A stretch of DNA of 29,968 nt, from contig JARRQT010000005.1 in assembly GCA_037381445.1 (NCBI GenBank), positions 1 through 29,968 of the forward strand, in the 5' to 3' direction. Made by a program: the position numbers and the translations under genes. The notes below the pieces were generated by a model. That model had not been told where the DNA came from, searched no databases, and saw nothing but the letters and a program-made list of their open reading frames with translations. The stretch comes from Calditrichia bacterium. GTDB taxonomy: Bacteria > Calditrichota > Calditrichia > RBG-13-44-9. Below are positions 9,048 through 17,993 of this stretch, piece after piece; positions within the stretch are counted from its first letter, which is position 1, and every line of letters starts with the position of its first letter.

Positions 9048-10718
9048 ATGACGCGAAGTCGCAACAGTTTACTGACAGGAAAACAAGTTTTTCTGTTCAC
9101 TCTCTTATTGTTTGCCATCTTTATTTTCGGCTGCGACAAAAATTCCACCAAACCCGATGACGAAACTCCCCCGGCATCGGAAATCACCCACTCGGAAGAC
9201 ATCACTCAGGATGTCACCTGGAGCAGCGACCAAATCCATGTCGTGGATGGGCTGATCTCAATCTCCAATGCCACCCTGACCATCGCCCCTGGCACAGTGG
9301 TTAAATTTGCTGCAGATGCCCGGATTATTATTGATGACAATGGCGGCCTGATCGCTGACGGAACCACCGCCCCCATCACCCTTACTGGTGTGGAGAAGCA
9401 GAAAGGTTACTGGGACAAGTTGGAATTCCGCAGCGGCTCGTCCGATCAGAACTGCAAACTGATTAATTGTACCATTGAATATGGCGGAAGCAATGCTGCC
9501 ATCATTACCGCCACCGGAAGCGGCCTCACTATCAAAAATTCAATCATCCGTTACAGCGGCACCAGCGGCATTCAATGGGATTATGAAAGCACTCCGGTTT
9601 TTGAAGATAATGTGATTACCGGCTGCAATGAAACAGCGGTGGAAGCTGACTTCGAAAGCGCTTCTTACCTGGGTGCCGGCTCCTATACCGGCAACAACAA
9701 GGATTATATTTCTCTGAACGAAGGAACGATTTCCCAGAACGCAACCTGGGTCAAACAGGACGTTCCCTACCGGGTGACCGGCGGCGCAAATGTGATTGAA
9801 CAGGCGACCCTGACCGTCGAGGCCGGGACCATCATCCAGATGGATGCCGATGCCCGTATCATCATCGATGACAACGGTGGTTTCCTGGCGGACGGCACCG
9901 ATGAGCTGATTACCATTACCGGCGCACAAACGCAAAAAGGCTACTGGGACAAATTTGAATTCCGCAGCGGTTCATCCGACCAGAACTGCAAATTGATCAA
10001 CTGCCTGGTTGAAGACGGCGGAAGCGGCAACAGTATGATCTGGGCCAACGGCAGCGGTCTCACCATCGAAAATTCTGTCATACAGAACAGTGGCTCAATG
10101 GGCGTCTATTTTACAAACGGATCCACGCCGGTATTTGAAGGGAACACCGTGACCGCCTGCGATGAAACCCCAGTTACCACTGACTTTGGAACTGCCTCTC
10201 ATATCGGCGCCGGAACCTACACAGGCAATAATTATGATTATATCGATATAGAAGAGGGTGATATTCAGCAGAACGTCACCTGGGCAAAGCAGGATGTTCC
10301 CTACCGAGTAACCGGCGGTGCAAATTCCATCGAGAACGGAACGCTGATCATCGAGCCGGGTACAGTGATTGAGATGGATAATGCCGCCCGGATCATTGTG
10401 GACACCAACGGCGGTTTTATGGCTGACGGCAGCAGTGAAATGATTACGATTACCGGCGCCCAACCGCAGAAAGGATTCTGGTCATTGATCGAGATCCGTT
10501 CCGGGGCCAGCCAGCAGAATGTCGTTATCAACAATTGCACTATTGAATACGGCGGATATGGCAACAGCATGATATCGGTGAATCAGATTTCGCCTACCAT
10601 TACCAATAACCTGCTGCAGCACAGCGCCGCCTGCGCCATCAGACTATTTTCAGGCGCCAATCCGGATCTGACCGGGAACACATACTCGGACAATGACGGC
10701 GGTAATGTGGTCCAATAA
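9048..10718 (+). CDS. Lipoprotein with three tandem 178-aa right-handed beta-helix modules
   Basis: AAGGAGG RBS; lipobox IFG-C29; repeated TLTI.PGT / G.L.ADGT / KGYW / NCTIEYGG blocks with an exact 534-nt period (9408, 9942, 10476). Confidence 0.85.
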   Translation: MTRSRNSLLTGKQVFLFTLLLFAIFIFGCDKNSTKPDDETPPASEITHSEDITQDVTWSSDQIHVVDGLISISNATLTIAPGTVVKFAADARIIIDDNGGLIADGTTAPITLTGVEKQKGYWDKLEFRSGSSDQNCKLINCTIEYGGSNAAIITATGSGLTIKNSIIRYSGTSGIQWDYESTPVFEDNVITGCNETAVEADFESASYLGAGSYTGNNKDYISLNEGTISQNATWVKQDVPYRVTGGANVIEQATLTVEAGTIIQMDADARIIIDDNGGFLADGTDELITITGAQTQKGYWDKFEFRSGSSDQNCKLINCLVEDGGSGNSMIWANGSGLTIENSVIQNSGSMGVYFTNGSTPVFEGNTVTACDETPVTTDFGTASHIGAGTYTGNNYDYIDIEEGDIQQNVTWAKQDVPYRVTGGANSIENGTLIIEPGTVIEMDNAARIIVDTNGGFMADGSSEMITITGAQPQKGFWSLIEIRSGASQQNVVINNCTIEYGGYGNSMISVNQISPTITNNLLQHSAACAIRLFSGANPDLTGNTYSDNDGGNVVQ

Positions 10719-10762
10719 TTCTTTTGATTGCACGCATCATTTTAAAGATGCCATATCATCCA

Positions 10763-10799
10763 ATGAAAAGGCCCCTCTTCAAAAAGGGGCCTTTTTCAT
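10763..10799. terminator. Bidirectional rho-independent terminator
   Basis: ATGAAAAGGCCCCT-loop-AGGGGCCTTTTTCAT between convergent genes. Confidence 0.88.
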
Positions 10800-11006
10800 A
10801 ATCAGCGGCCATCTGGAACTGCTTTTTAAATCACATTTTGCATCGTGTCGGCAGCATACAAATCATTCTGTATCCGATATCCCAAATTTAATTCCCTGTG
10901 CAGCATTGGTTCTTTGAAAAAGACGCGACATTTATTTTGGGATTCATCATCGTCAAGCAGATACTGTTTTCACATCCTGTTACGGAAAGAGACCAATCTT
11001 CGAGGA

Positions 11007-11831
11007 TCAGATCCACACAGCAAGCAGCGCCATGACACCGAAGCCTGCAACGGCCAGCAGCCATTTCTGCCAGTTGTCACCGGGAAGCTCGAACTCTGTC
11101 CGGATTATATCAAGAGTTGCGATGTATAGGAATGTCCCTGCACCGATGGAGTTAAAGATTGCCTCGAATAATAGCCGCCCTCCGGAGGAAATCAGGGCAT
11201 CCACGGTCGTACCGGCCAGGATACCTAGTGGTGTCATGCTTGAAAAGAAGGCAGCCACCGGCGCCGTCCGCCGCAGGGAAGCACCGGCCCGGCGATAACT
11301 GACCCCTAGCGCGAAACCTGCCATCCCTTTGTGGGCCATGATGGCGATGAATATGGCCGACGCACTTGTTGCGGATCGCTGGGCGCCCAGCGCCAAACCC
11401 AGTATGATAGAATGCACTGATAATACCAGCAACAGGATAAACCAGTAAGGATGCCGTGCGTCTGTCTGGGCCCGCGGCCCGATCTCATGGCTGGCACCCC
11501 TGGAACCGCAGTGCAGCGGTGACTCTCCCGGATCAGGGTTCGCCACAATTACCGCTTCAATCAGCAATATCAGTAGAAAACCGATGCCGGCCAGCACAAA
11601 GGCCAAGGGATAGTTTAATTCAGGGGCCAGCTCCTCAAATCCGCTGGCTCCGCCGCTCAGTAGGTGCACCAGCCCGGCCCCGCCAAGCACACCGCCCGCA
11701 AACGTATCTCCCCAGACCATAAAACGAGAACCATATGCGCCGCTTCTTAGCGCTAATGGGAAAAGCACGCCAAATGCACCCATGATAAAAACCGCAATAG
11801 AAAAGACAACTTTCAACTCAATAATGCCCAT
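11007..11831 (-). CDS. ZIP-family divalent metal transporter
   Basis: About 8 TM segments; FAGGV...LVHLL (TM2), His-containing TM3-4 loop, LSVHS...GLALG (TM4), AHKG...GFALG (TM5), MTPLG, AGTFLYIA. Start placed at ATG 11831 (GAGG RBS). Confidence 0.88.
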   Translation of the reverse strand: MGIIELKVVFSIAVFIMGAFGVLFPLALRSGAYGSRFMVWGDTFAGGVLGGAGLVHLLSGGASGFEELAPELNYPLAFVLAGIGFLLILLIEAVIVANPDPGESPLHCGSRGASHEIGPRAQTDARHPYWFILLLVLSVHSIILGLALGAQRSATSASAIFIAIMAHKGMAGFALGVSYRRAGASLRRTAPVAAFFSSMTPLGILAGTTVDALISSGGRLLFEAIFNSIGAGTFLYIATLDIIRTEFELPGDNWQKWLLAVAGFGVMALLAVWI

Positions 11832-12116
11832 GCCTGCCTCTCGATGCGCAACTTTCCTGGCGGGTGGCAATGCCTGCACCTGCTTTCAATGAATAAGTCT
11901 TCGCCTCCGCAAGAAGGCTGCCGCCTTCATCCAAATTTATGAATTTGAGTACATAAATTTACGACGCATAAAGGGGAGTATCCTGAAAACGGGTAAAAGC
12001 ATGACCCCCTGTCAAATCTTTAAACATGGGTAGGATTATCAATTCCCATTGACAGGAATTCTCTGCCCCCATCCACAAATAAGTTTCATATATTCAGCAG
12101 ATCTTATCAGCTTTAA

Positions 12117-13385
12117 TCACACTACATTTTGCATAATGCCGGCCGGATACAGGCCGTTTTGTATCAGATAGCCCATATTAAATTCTTTCCGCAGCAAAAG
12201 GTTTTTGAAAGAAGTAACATTTACTTTGCGATTCATCAGGGTGAAGTAAATGCCGGCATTTTTAATATCTCCTACCAGGCGCGCCCCGGTCAGACAGCCA
12301 TTGTTCAGGTACAATTTTTTGAGAACATCTTTTCCATTTGAATATACAAGCTCCTCCTGTTTGTCCCTTGTCCCCAGTGCAATCAGGGAAATTCCGAGGT
12401 GCTTCAGGCTGTTCATGTTATGAGCACCTTCGTAAATCACTTTTTCTCCCAGGGCATTCCGGGCGGCAATCTGTCCCTGCTCGCGAGCGTTTATGTATAT
12501 TGCATGCACAAACCGCTTGCCGGTCAGCAAGTCTTTTACCTCGGCGCAATCGCCGGCGGCATAGATATCCGGAAAATTTGTCTGCAGATTGTCATCAACC
12601 AGCAGCCCCCAATTTACTTCAAACCCGGATTTTTTAAGAAAATCCACATTTGGCTTTACACCGGTGGCAGCAATCATGAGGTCCCCGAAAAGCTTTTCAC
12701 CATTGTCCAGAGTCAGACCCTCAGCCATCGTTTTTCCAAAAAATTCAGTGCCCTTGGCATTCAGCAGGATTTTAATGCCCCTTTCTTCTAGAATCTGCTG
12801 CACAATTTCAGCGCTGTCTTCATCCAGCAATCGCGGCATTACTCTGGATTCCTTTTCTACCTGTGTGACCTCCAGGCCCAGTTCCCGCAGCACAATCGCT
12901 AATTCTGTCCCGATAAACCCGGCACCAACAATTACTGCACTCCTAGCCTCACCGCGTCGGATCTTCTCCTTTATTTTCAATGCGGCAGTCATGCTTTTGA
13001 AATTATAAAAGCCGGTGTCCGGGGAAGCAGATGGTTTGGCCAGCGACAGTTTTATTGGTGCATACAGGGTGCTGCCGGTAGCCAGAATCAGACGGTCATA
13101 ACTTGTTTCGGATTTGTCATCGAACTGAATAATCTTCTTAAGGGGGTCAATCCGAACTACGTTCTTAGGAGCCAGATATTCTATCTTGTGCTGAGCCGCA
13201 AAATCTTTTCCCTTCCAATAGATGGTTTCATCATCCTGTAGAAAATAGGTAGCCAAAACGGGCGGGCTGTAGGGCGGATACGGTTCACGGGAAACCATGG
13301 TAATCTTCACTGCCGGATCAGCCGCCCGCAGGGTTTCCGCCGCGCTGACCCCGGCTGGTCCGGCGCCGATAATTACGATTTTCAT
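12117..13385 (-). CDS. FAD-dependent NAD(P)H oxidoreductase (CODH-associated FNOR; rubredoxin reductase/NirB-N-like)
   Basis: IIGAGPAG FAD motif, LILATGS, IVGAGFIG NAD motif, TNFPDIYAAGD. ATG 13385 lies 1 nt after the cooC stop. Confidence 0.92.
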   Translation of the reverse strand: MKIVIIGAGPAGVSAAETLRAADPAVKITMVSREPYPPYSPPVLATYFLQDDETIYWKGKDFAAQHKIEYLAPKNVVRIDPLKKIIQFDDKSETSYDRLILATGSTLYAPIKLSLAKPSASPDTGFYNFKSMTAALKIKEKIRRGEARSAVIVGAGFIGTELAIVLRELGLEVTQVEKESRVMPRLLDEDSAEIVQQILEERGIKILLNAKGTEFFGKTMAEGLTLDNGEKLFGDLMIAATGVKPNVDFLKKSGFEVNWGLLVDDNLQTNFPDIYAAGDCAEVKDLLTGKRFVHAIYINAREQGQIAARNALGEKVIYEGAHNMNSLKHLGISLIALGTRDKQEELVYSNGKDVLKKLYLNNGCLTGARLVGDIKNAGIYFTLMNRKVNVTSFKNLLLRKEFNMGYLIQNGLYPAGIMQNVV

Positions 13386-13386
13386 T

Positions 13387-14283
13387 TTATTGGACTCCAT
13401 ATTTTGCAATGGTTTCGGAAATCCCTAAAAGACTCTTGAGCAGTTGGGGAGCAAAGCCGTTTCTCAGAATCGGGGCAACCTGCGGTTCGATTTCATACAA
13501 TTTCGGTGTGAAAGGCAATTTGAAGATATTCGTAAAAAGTCCTTCTCCCGAGGTCTGAATATAGTCCATGACTTTATGGACGTCTTTATCCGACTGCACC
13601 CGGTTTATCACTAAATGGCGGCTCGGAATGCCGAGACCGGCTGCCAGGCGTGCCGAATGCAGCGCGACCTGCACCGCATTGAAAGTCGCATCGGTAAGGA
13701 TTATCACCTGCTGAAATCCTTTGGCGATGGCCCGCCCGAAATGTTCCACACCCGCCTGAGTATCCATCAGAATAATCTCCTTTTCGCGGAGGTTGATGTG
13801 ATGGACGACCGCATCCAGCAGTGAATTCTCCGGGCACAGACAGCCTGTGGCGGCCTGCACCACGGTTCCCATCACCAACAGTTGAATGCGCTCTGACACC
13901 TCTATTCCGAAACGGTTCACCACATCTTCCACTTCCGGATTCAGCCGCAGCATTAATCCCCATCCGCTGCCCGGCTGCGCGCCTGTTTTTTCCTCGATAT
14001 AATCCAGATTTTGGGTGAGTGGCACAATTTGGGAGGCTTTTTCCGGCGGCAGTCCCAAGGCATAGGGAAGGTTCATCTGAGGATCTTCATCCACCGCCAG
14101 CACCCGATAATTCTGCATGGCAAAGATATGCGACAGAAGCGCCGTAGTAGTGGTTTTTCCGGCGCCCCCCTTTCCGGTAATGAGCACACGGAAGCCCTTG
14201 TCGGGCGTGTCGCTCTTTTTCAGTTGCCTGATATATTTGGCTGTCTCAAGCACATCTTTTCTTGTGGGAACATTCGATTCCAT
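13387..14283 (-). CDS. cooC: CODH nickel-insertion ATPase CooC
   Basis: Deviant Walker A GKGGAGKTT, VDEDP, Ni-binding GCLCP, MDTQAGVEHFGR; adjacent to cooS. Confidence 0.93.
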   Translation of the reverse strand: MESNVPTRKDVLETAKYIRQLKKSDTPDKGFRVLITGKGGAGKTTTTALLSHIFAMQNYRVLAVDEDPQMNLPYALGLPPEKASQIVPLTQNLDYIEEKTGAQPGSGWGLMLRLNPEVEDVVNRFGIEVSERIQLLVMGTVVQAATGCLCPENSLLDAVVHHINLREKEIILMDTQAGVEHFGRAIAKGFQQVIILTDATFNAVQVALHSARLAAGLGIPSRHLVINRVQSDKDVHKVMDYIQTSGEGLFTNIFKLPFTPKLYEIEPQVAPILRNGFAPQLLKSLLGISETIAKYGVQ

Positions 14284-14412
14284 TCAGACCTCTGTTTTCC
14301 TGTCAAAATTATTTAGTTGTTATTCGCCGGCATATAACCCAATAATGCGTCAGCGGCAATTCACCCATTCACAGCTATGCAAAAAGAAAATGGTTTTTAT
14401 CCCTAACAATAA

Positions 14413-16314
14413 TTAAACCGGCAGTCCCAATGCCTTGCGTTTGGCATTAATGTGATCAACCATCAAACCGGCGGCTTTGAACGGATCGGCTTCAATGGCG
14501 AATGTGGCGCCCACCACCTTCTCAAGTCCGTTGGTGAGCAAATCCACCACATTTCTGCTGGCAACCACCGGGGGCTGGATACCCAGGACGGTATAAATTC
14601 CCGAGCCAACCACATAGGCCCCGATAGAAACCGCTTTCTCCGAATACCATTCCGGGGCTGCGCCGGCCAGGGGCAGCTGGCTGATGTCCACACCCAGGGC
14701 ATTTGCCAGCGCGGAAGCCAGCACCAGAATCCGCACGTTATCCACGCAGGATCCCATATGCAGCACCGGGGGAATTCCCAATGCGTTACAGACTTCCTTC
14801 AATCCCTTCCCGGCCATGTCTGCGGCCTCCGGGGTCATCAGTCCCGCTTTTCCGCAGGCCACCGCCGCGCAACCCGTTTCCACCACAAGAACATCATTTT
14901 TAATTAATTCCTTTACCATATTCACATGACCGTAATCCTGCGGTATTTTGGGATTATTGCATCCCACCACGCCCGCGGCGCCGCGCACTTTTCCGGCCTT
15001 GATGGCATCAATCAGGGGATCCGGTTTGCCACCCAGCGCACCGAGAATCGCTTCCACGGAAAAACCAGCCATTAAACGCACTGGTTCCACCGGAATATTG
15101 ACGCGTTCCGGAATACGGTTGGGGAAATTCTCAACCGCCGTGCGGACAATTTCTTTTGCCACTTTTTCTCCGGTCTCAGGTTTGAACTCCATATGAATAG
15201 CCCCTTTGAAATGGGCCTTTTCGGAGGTGGAAATAACCTTGGTGTGATAGCATTTTGCAACTTCCGTTACGGCCGGCATAATGCACTGGTAGTCCACGAT
15301 CATCCCTTCCAGGGCACCGGTGACGATGGTCAGTTCCTGCATCAAATGATTGCCGGCCATGGGAACGCCCTTGCGCATCAGCAATTCATTGCCGGTACAG
15401 CACAGGCCTACCAGATTTATTCCCTTGGCGCCTTTCTGCTTTGCCAGTTTAATCATTTCAGGATCGCGAACAGCCCGCACCACCATTTCGGACAGCATGG
15501 GATTATGACCGTGCACGGCGATATTTACCTGGTCTTTTTTGAGCACGCCCAAGTTCACCTGCGATTCCACCGGTTTTGGAACCCCAAACAGAATGTCCGA
15601 AACCTCGGTAGCCAGCATGGAACCTCCCCAACCGTCGGACAGGGCGGTGCGCAAACCGTGCAGCAGGGTGGAGACATATTCATTATCCACACCCATGTGG
15701 GTGCGGTGCAGCATCTCCACATTCTCGCGATCGATGCTACGCGGCATAATGTTCAGTTTCTGCCACAAATCCTGCCGCACTTTCGGGGCGCGGTTGGTCA
15801 ACTGTAATTTCTTTTTGCGCATGCCATATTCTTCCATCATTTCCCAGCCCAGCTCCCGTGCAATGGTTTTGGGATCTTTTTTGTCCGTCTTAACACCAAA
15901 TTCAGTTGCCAAGCGTTTCAATTTCTCCTCGTTGGTAATTTCATATCCCGGCGCTTTTCCCTCGCCCACCAGATGCAGCACTTCTACCAGATCCCTCCCA
16001 TGATCGGAGTGTGCCGCGGCGCCGGCAGAAATGAAACGGCCTAAAAAGCGGGCGACAATGGTATCACCATCGGCGCCGCATACTCCGTGTGTCGGGCCGT
16101 CCCCAAAGGGATCCAGCCGGCAAGGCCCCATCATACAGTTTTTGCAGCAAAAGCCGGTAAGGCCGTAACCGCACTGGGGCGTCTGTTTTTCCAGCCGATC
16201 CCAAACCGTTTCCACACCGTCATGAGCAGCCTTCTTAATCATTTTGTGGGCATCAGAGGTAGTGCTGCGATTATTCAATAAATTTTCATCAATATATGTT
16301 GGTATTGTAGCCAT
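14413..16314 (-). CDS. cooS: Anaerobic Ni,Fe carbon monoxide dehydrogenase catalytic subunit
   Basis: D/B-cluster QCGYGLTGFCCKNCMMGPC...VCGA; AAHSDH; C-cluster ligands HGHNP, LCCTGNE, DYQC, GCNN, TGC, GSCVD; WYSEKA Lys. GGAGG RBS before ATG 16314. Confidence 0.98.
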   Translation of the reverse strand: MATIPTYIDENLLNNRSTTSDAHKMIKKAAHDGVETVWDRLEKQTPQCGYGLTGFCCKNCMMGPCRLDPFGDGPTHGVCGADGDTIVARFLGRFISAGAAAHSDHGRDLVEVLHLVGEGKAPGYEITNEEKLKRLATEFGVKTDKKDPKTIARELGWEMMEEYGMRKKKLQLTNRAPKVRQDLWQKLNIMPRSIDRENVEMLHRTHMGVDNEYVSTLLHGLRTALSDGWGGSMLATEVSDILFGVPKPVESQVNLGVLKKDQVNIAVHGHNPMLSEMVVRAVRDPEMIKLAKQKGAKGINLVGLCCTGNELLMRKGVPMAGNHLMQELTIVTGALEGMIVDYQCIMPAVTEVAKCYHTKVISTSEKAHFKGAIHMEFKPETGEKVAKEIVRTAVENFPNRIPERVNIPVEPVRLMAGFSVEAILGALGGKPDPLIDAIKAGKVRGAAGVVGCNNPKIPQDYGHVNMVKELIKNDVLVVETGCAAVACGKAGLMTPEAADMAGKGLKEVCNALGIPPVLHMGSCVDNVRILVLASALANALGVDISQLPLAGAAPEWYSEKAVSIGAYVVGSGIYTVLGIQPPVVASRNVVDLLTNGLEKVVGATFAIEADPFKAAGLMVDHINAKRKALGLPV

Positions 16315-16330
16315 AATGACCTCCACCAAT

Positions 16331-16945
16331 TTAAAGTTTTTTTAGTTCCTGAACCGATTTTTCCCAGCCTCTCCACATTTGAACATTTTCCGGCAATGCC
16401 GTCAGTTCACTCGGCTGAGCCTGCACTGCCATAGACACTTTCCGGCTGAATTTCTTCCTCTGGTCGCGGATAATCTCATTGATATCGCCAAATACCAGGG
16501 CCCCAACCTTGCAGGTTTCCACGCAGGCCGGATCCCTGCCCGCTTTCTGTCGATCAAGACAATTGTCACATTTGATGTTCATTAATTTCTGGTGATCATT
16601 GTAGCGGGAGACATCAAAAACAATGACATCAAACGGACACACCATCGCGCACATAGCGCAGGCAATGCATTTTTCCGGGATCAGTTGAACGGTATCGGTG
16701 GCCTGTTCCCTGACCAGGGCGCTGGTGGGGCAGATCTCCACGCAGGGTGCCGGCGAACAATGGCGGCACTTGTTGGGAAAGGTCGTCAGAACCTGACTCG
16801 CCTCTACATGAATTCTTGCCCTGGATGGCGGAGATTCCATTATTGCAGCGGACAATGCTTTTGTCTGGGAATGTTCGACTGCGCAGGCCAATTCGCACTG
16901 CCTGCAGCCGACACAACGCTCCGGGTTCACAAAAACGGTCTTCAT
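16331..16945 (-). CDS. cooF: CooF-type 4x[4Fe-4S] electron-transfer protein
   Basis: CVGCRQCELAC, CRHCSPAPCVEICP, CIACAMCAMVCP, KCDNC...PACVETC; GGAGG RBS before ATG 16945; directly upstream of cooS. Confidence 0.92.
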   Translation of the reverse strand: MKTVFVNPERCVGCRQCELACAVEHSQTKALSAAIMESPPSRARIHVEASQVLTTFPNKCRHCSPAPCVEICPTSALVREQATDTVQLIPEKCIACAMCAMVCPFDVIVFDVSRYNDHQKLMNIKCDNCLDRQKAGRDPACVETCKVGALVFGDINEIIRDQRKKFSRKVSMAVQAQPSELTALPENVQMWRGWEKSVQELKKL

Positions 16946-17038
16946 GTGTAACCTCCGGTTTTTAATCCAAATGTCAGATATGAGGATAACGGCAAAAATT
17001 TCTGCCGGACTGATTAAGCGACTAACTTCACAATTATA

Positions 17039-17067
17039 ATTATACAAGAACAGGCAGAAATAATCAA
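17039..17067 (-). promoter_or_regulatory. Near-consensus sigma70 promoter of the coo operon
   Basis: Minus strand TTGATT (17067-17062) - 17 nt - TATAAT (17044-17039); a second TATAAT follows immediately. Confidence 0.7.
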
Positions 17068-17219
17068 GGAAATCGCCCCAAAATGATATACAATTCGAAA
17101 AATTTTTTAATCGGGTAATTAAATGCATTAAAGCTTATTTCCGGCCGACCCGGATAATTGTTAATTATACGATGGAAATGGAAAAGATTTCCGCATGAGT
17201 TTGTCGAAAATTTTTTGGC

Positions 17220-17235
17220 ATTGCTACGTAGCAAT
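17220..17235. promoter_or_regulatory. Perfect 16-bp palindrome, candidate operator
   Basis: ATTGCTACGTAGCAAT, about 150 bp upstream of the coo -35. Confidence 0.4.
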
Positions 17236-17316
17236 AATTAAATAGTGTTGCGTTAATTTGAACAAAGAAATGCAGCTGCCTTTTTTTAACATCCTGTGTA
17301 AAGGCCAGGAGATTTA

Positions 17317-17368
17317 ATAAAAAACCGCAGATGCTTCTCTTAACAGTCGAGAATACTATCTGCGGTTT
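17317..17368 (-). terminator. Probable terminator of the ars operon
   Basis: 11-bp stem AAACCGCAGAT/ATCTGCGGTTT with inner TTCTC/GAGAA pairing, running into a T-tract on the minus strand. Confidence 0.6.
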
Positions 17369-17522
17369 AAACAAGATTAAAGGGAAGTGGTGCCCAATAT
17401 GAAAATCACATGGGTATTTATTGCACTGATGCTATGCGCCTTTACTCCATGGACTGTTTGTTTTTGCTCCACTCTTTTTTGCCGGATTTATGCATGTCCA
17501 TAAATTTTGTGTTCTGATCCGG

Positions 17523-17768
17523 TCATCGCACAGCATTTGTCAGCCAATGCAGCAACGTGTTTTTCACTGGAATTTTCCCGCTGCTTACCACCTTGTCATT
17601 GATAAGCAGTCCCGGCGTAATAAAAATGCCCAATTCGGCAAATTTGTTGAAATCGGTAACTTTTTCTATTTCCGCTTCGATATTATTTTCCGAAACCACT
17701 TCCCTGCAAAGCGCTTCCAGTTTCTGGCAATTGGGACATCCCGAACCGACAACTTTGATATTTAGCAT
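17523..17768 (-). CDS. Small redox-active disulfide protein (MTH895/Thioredoxin_3-like)
   Basis: IKVVGSGCPNC, ITPGLLIN cis-Pro motif, 81 aa, GAGGAG RBS; a family commonly found beside ArsP permeases. Confidence 0.92.
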   Translation of the reverse strand: MLNIKVVGSGCPNCQKLEALCREVVSENNIEAEIEKVTDFNKFAELGIFITPGLLINDKVVSSGKIPVKNTLLHWLTNAVR

Positions 17769-17993
17769 ATTCTGTTCTCCTCAATTTTATGATTTGTCTC
17801 GCAGAGGCGCTGCGATATTAAATTTTGTTTTAAAGCCCTTTTAGTTAATGGTCATCCATATATGACTCTTTTAAACAACGTGAAATTTCTTTAAAATTTT
17901 TTCATAATTTTTCGACTCTTTTTTCTCTTTGCGTTCTTTGCGGCCTGGCGTGAAATAATAAATTACCCTTAAGAATGCTGAAATGAATTTCTA

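Noticed and set aside
10826..10969. Stop-free minus-strand stretch KQYLLDDDESQNKCRVFFKEPMLHRELNLG... downstream of ZIP
   Set aside because: No start or RBS at its 5' end and no recognisable family; cannot be supported as a gene remnant.
16946..17128. N-terminal extension of cooF in the ORF track (likewise the upstream starts at 2816, 4170, 11879, 13409, 16329, 20474)
   Set aside because: Downstream ATGs fit better, by RBS, coupling to the upstream gene or family-typical N-termini; the extensions run through promoter or intergenic DNA.
17202..17220. TGTCG-N9-TGGCA as a CooA box or sigma54 site
   Set aside because: The spacer is 9 rather than 6 nt, and the GG-N10-GC spacing for sigma54 is not met.
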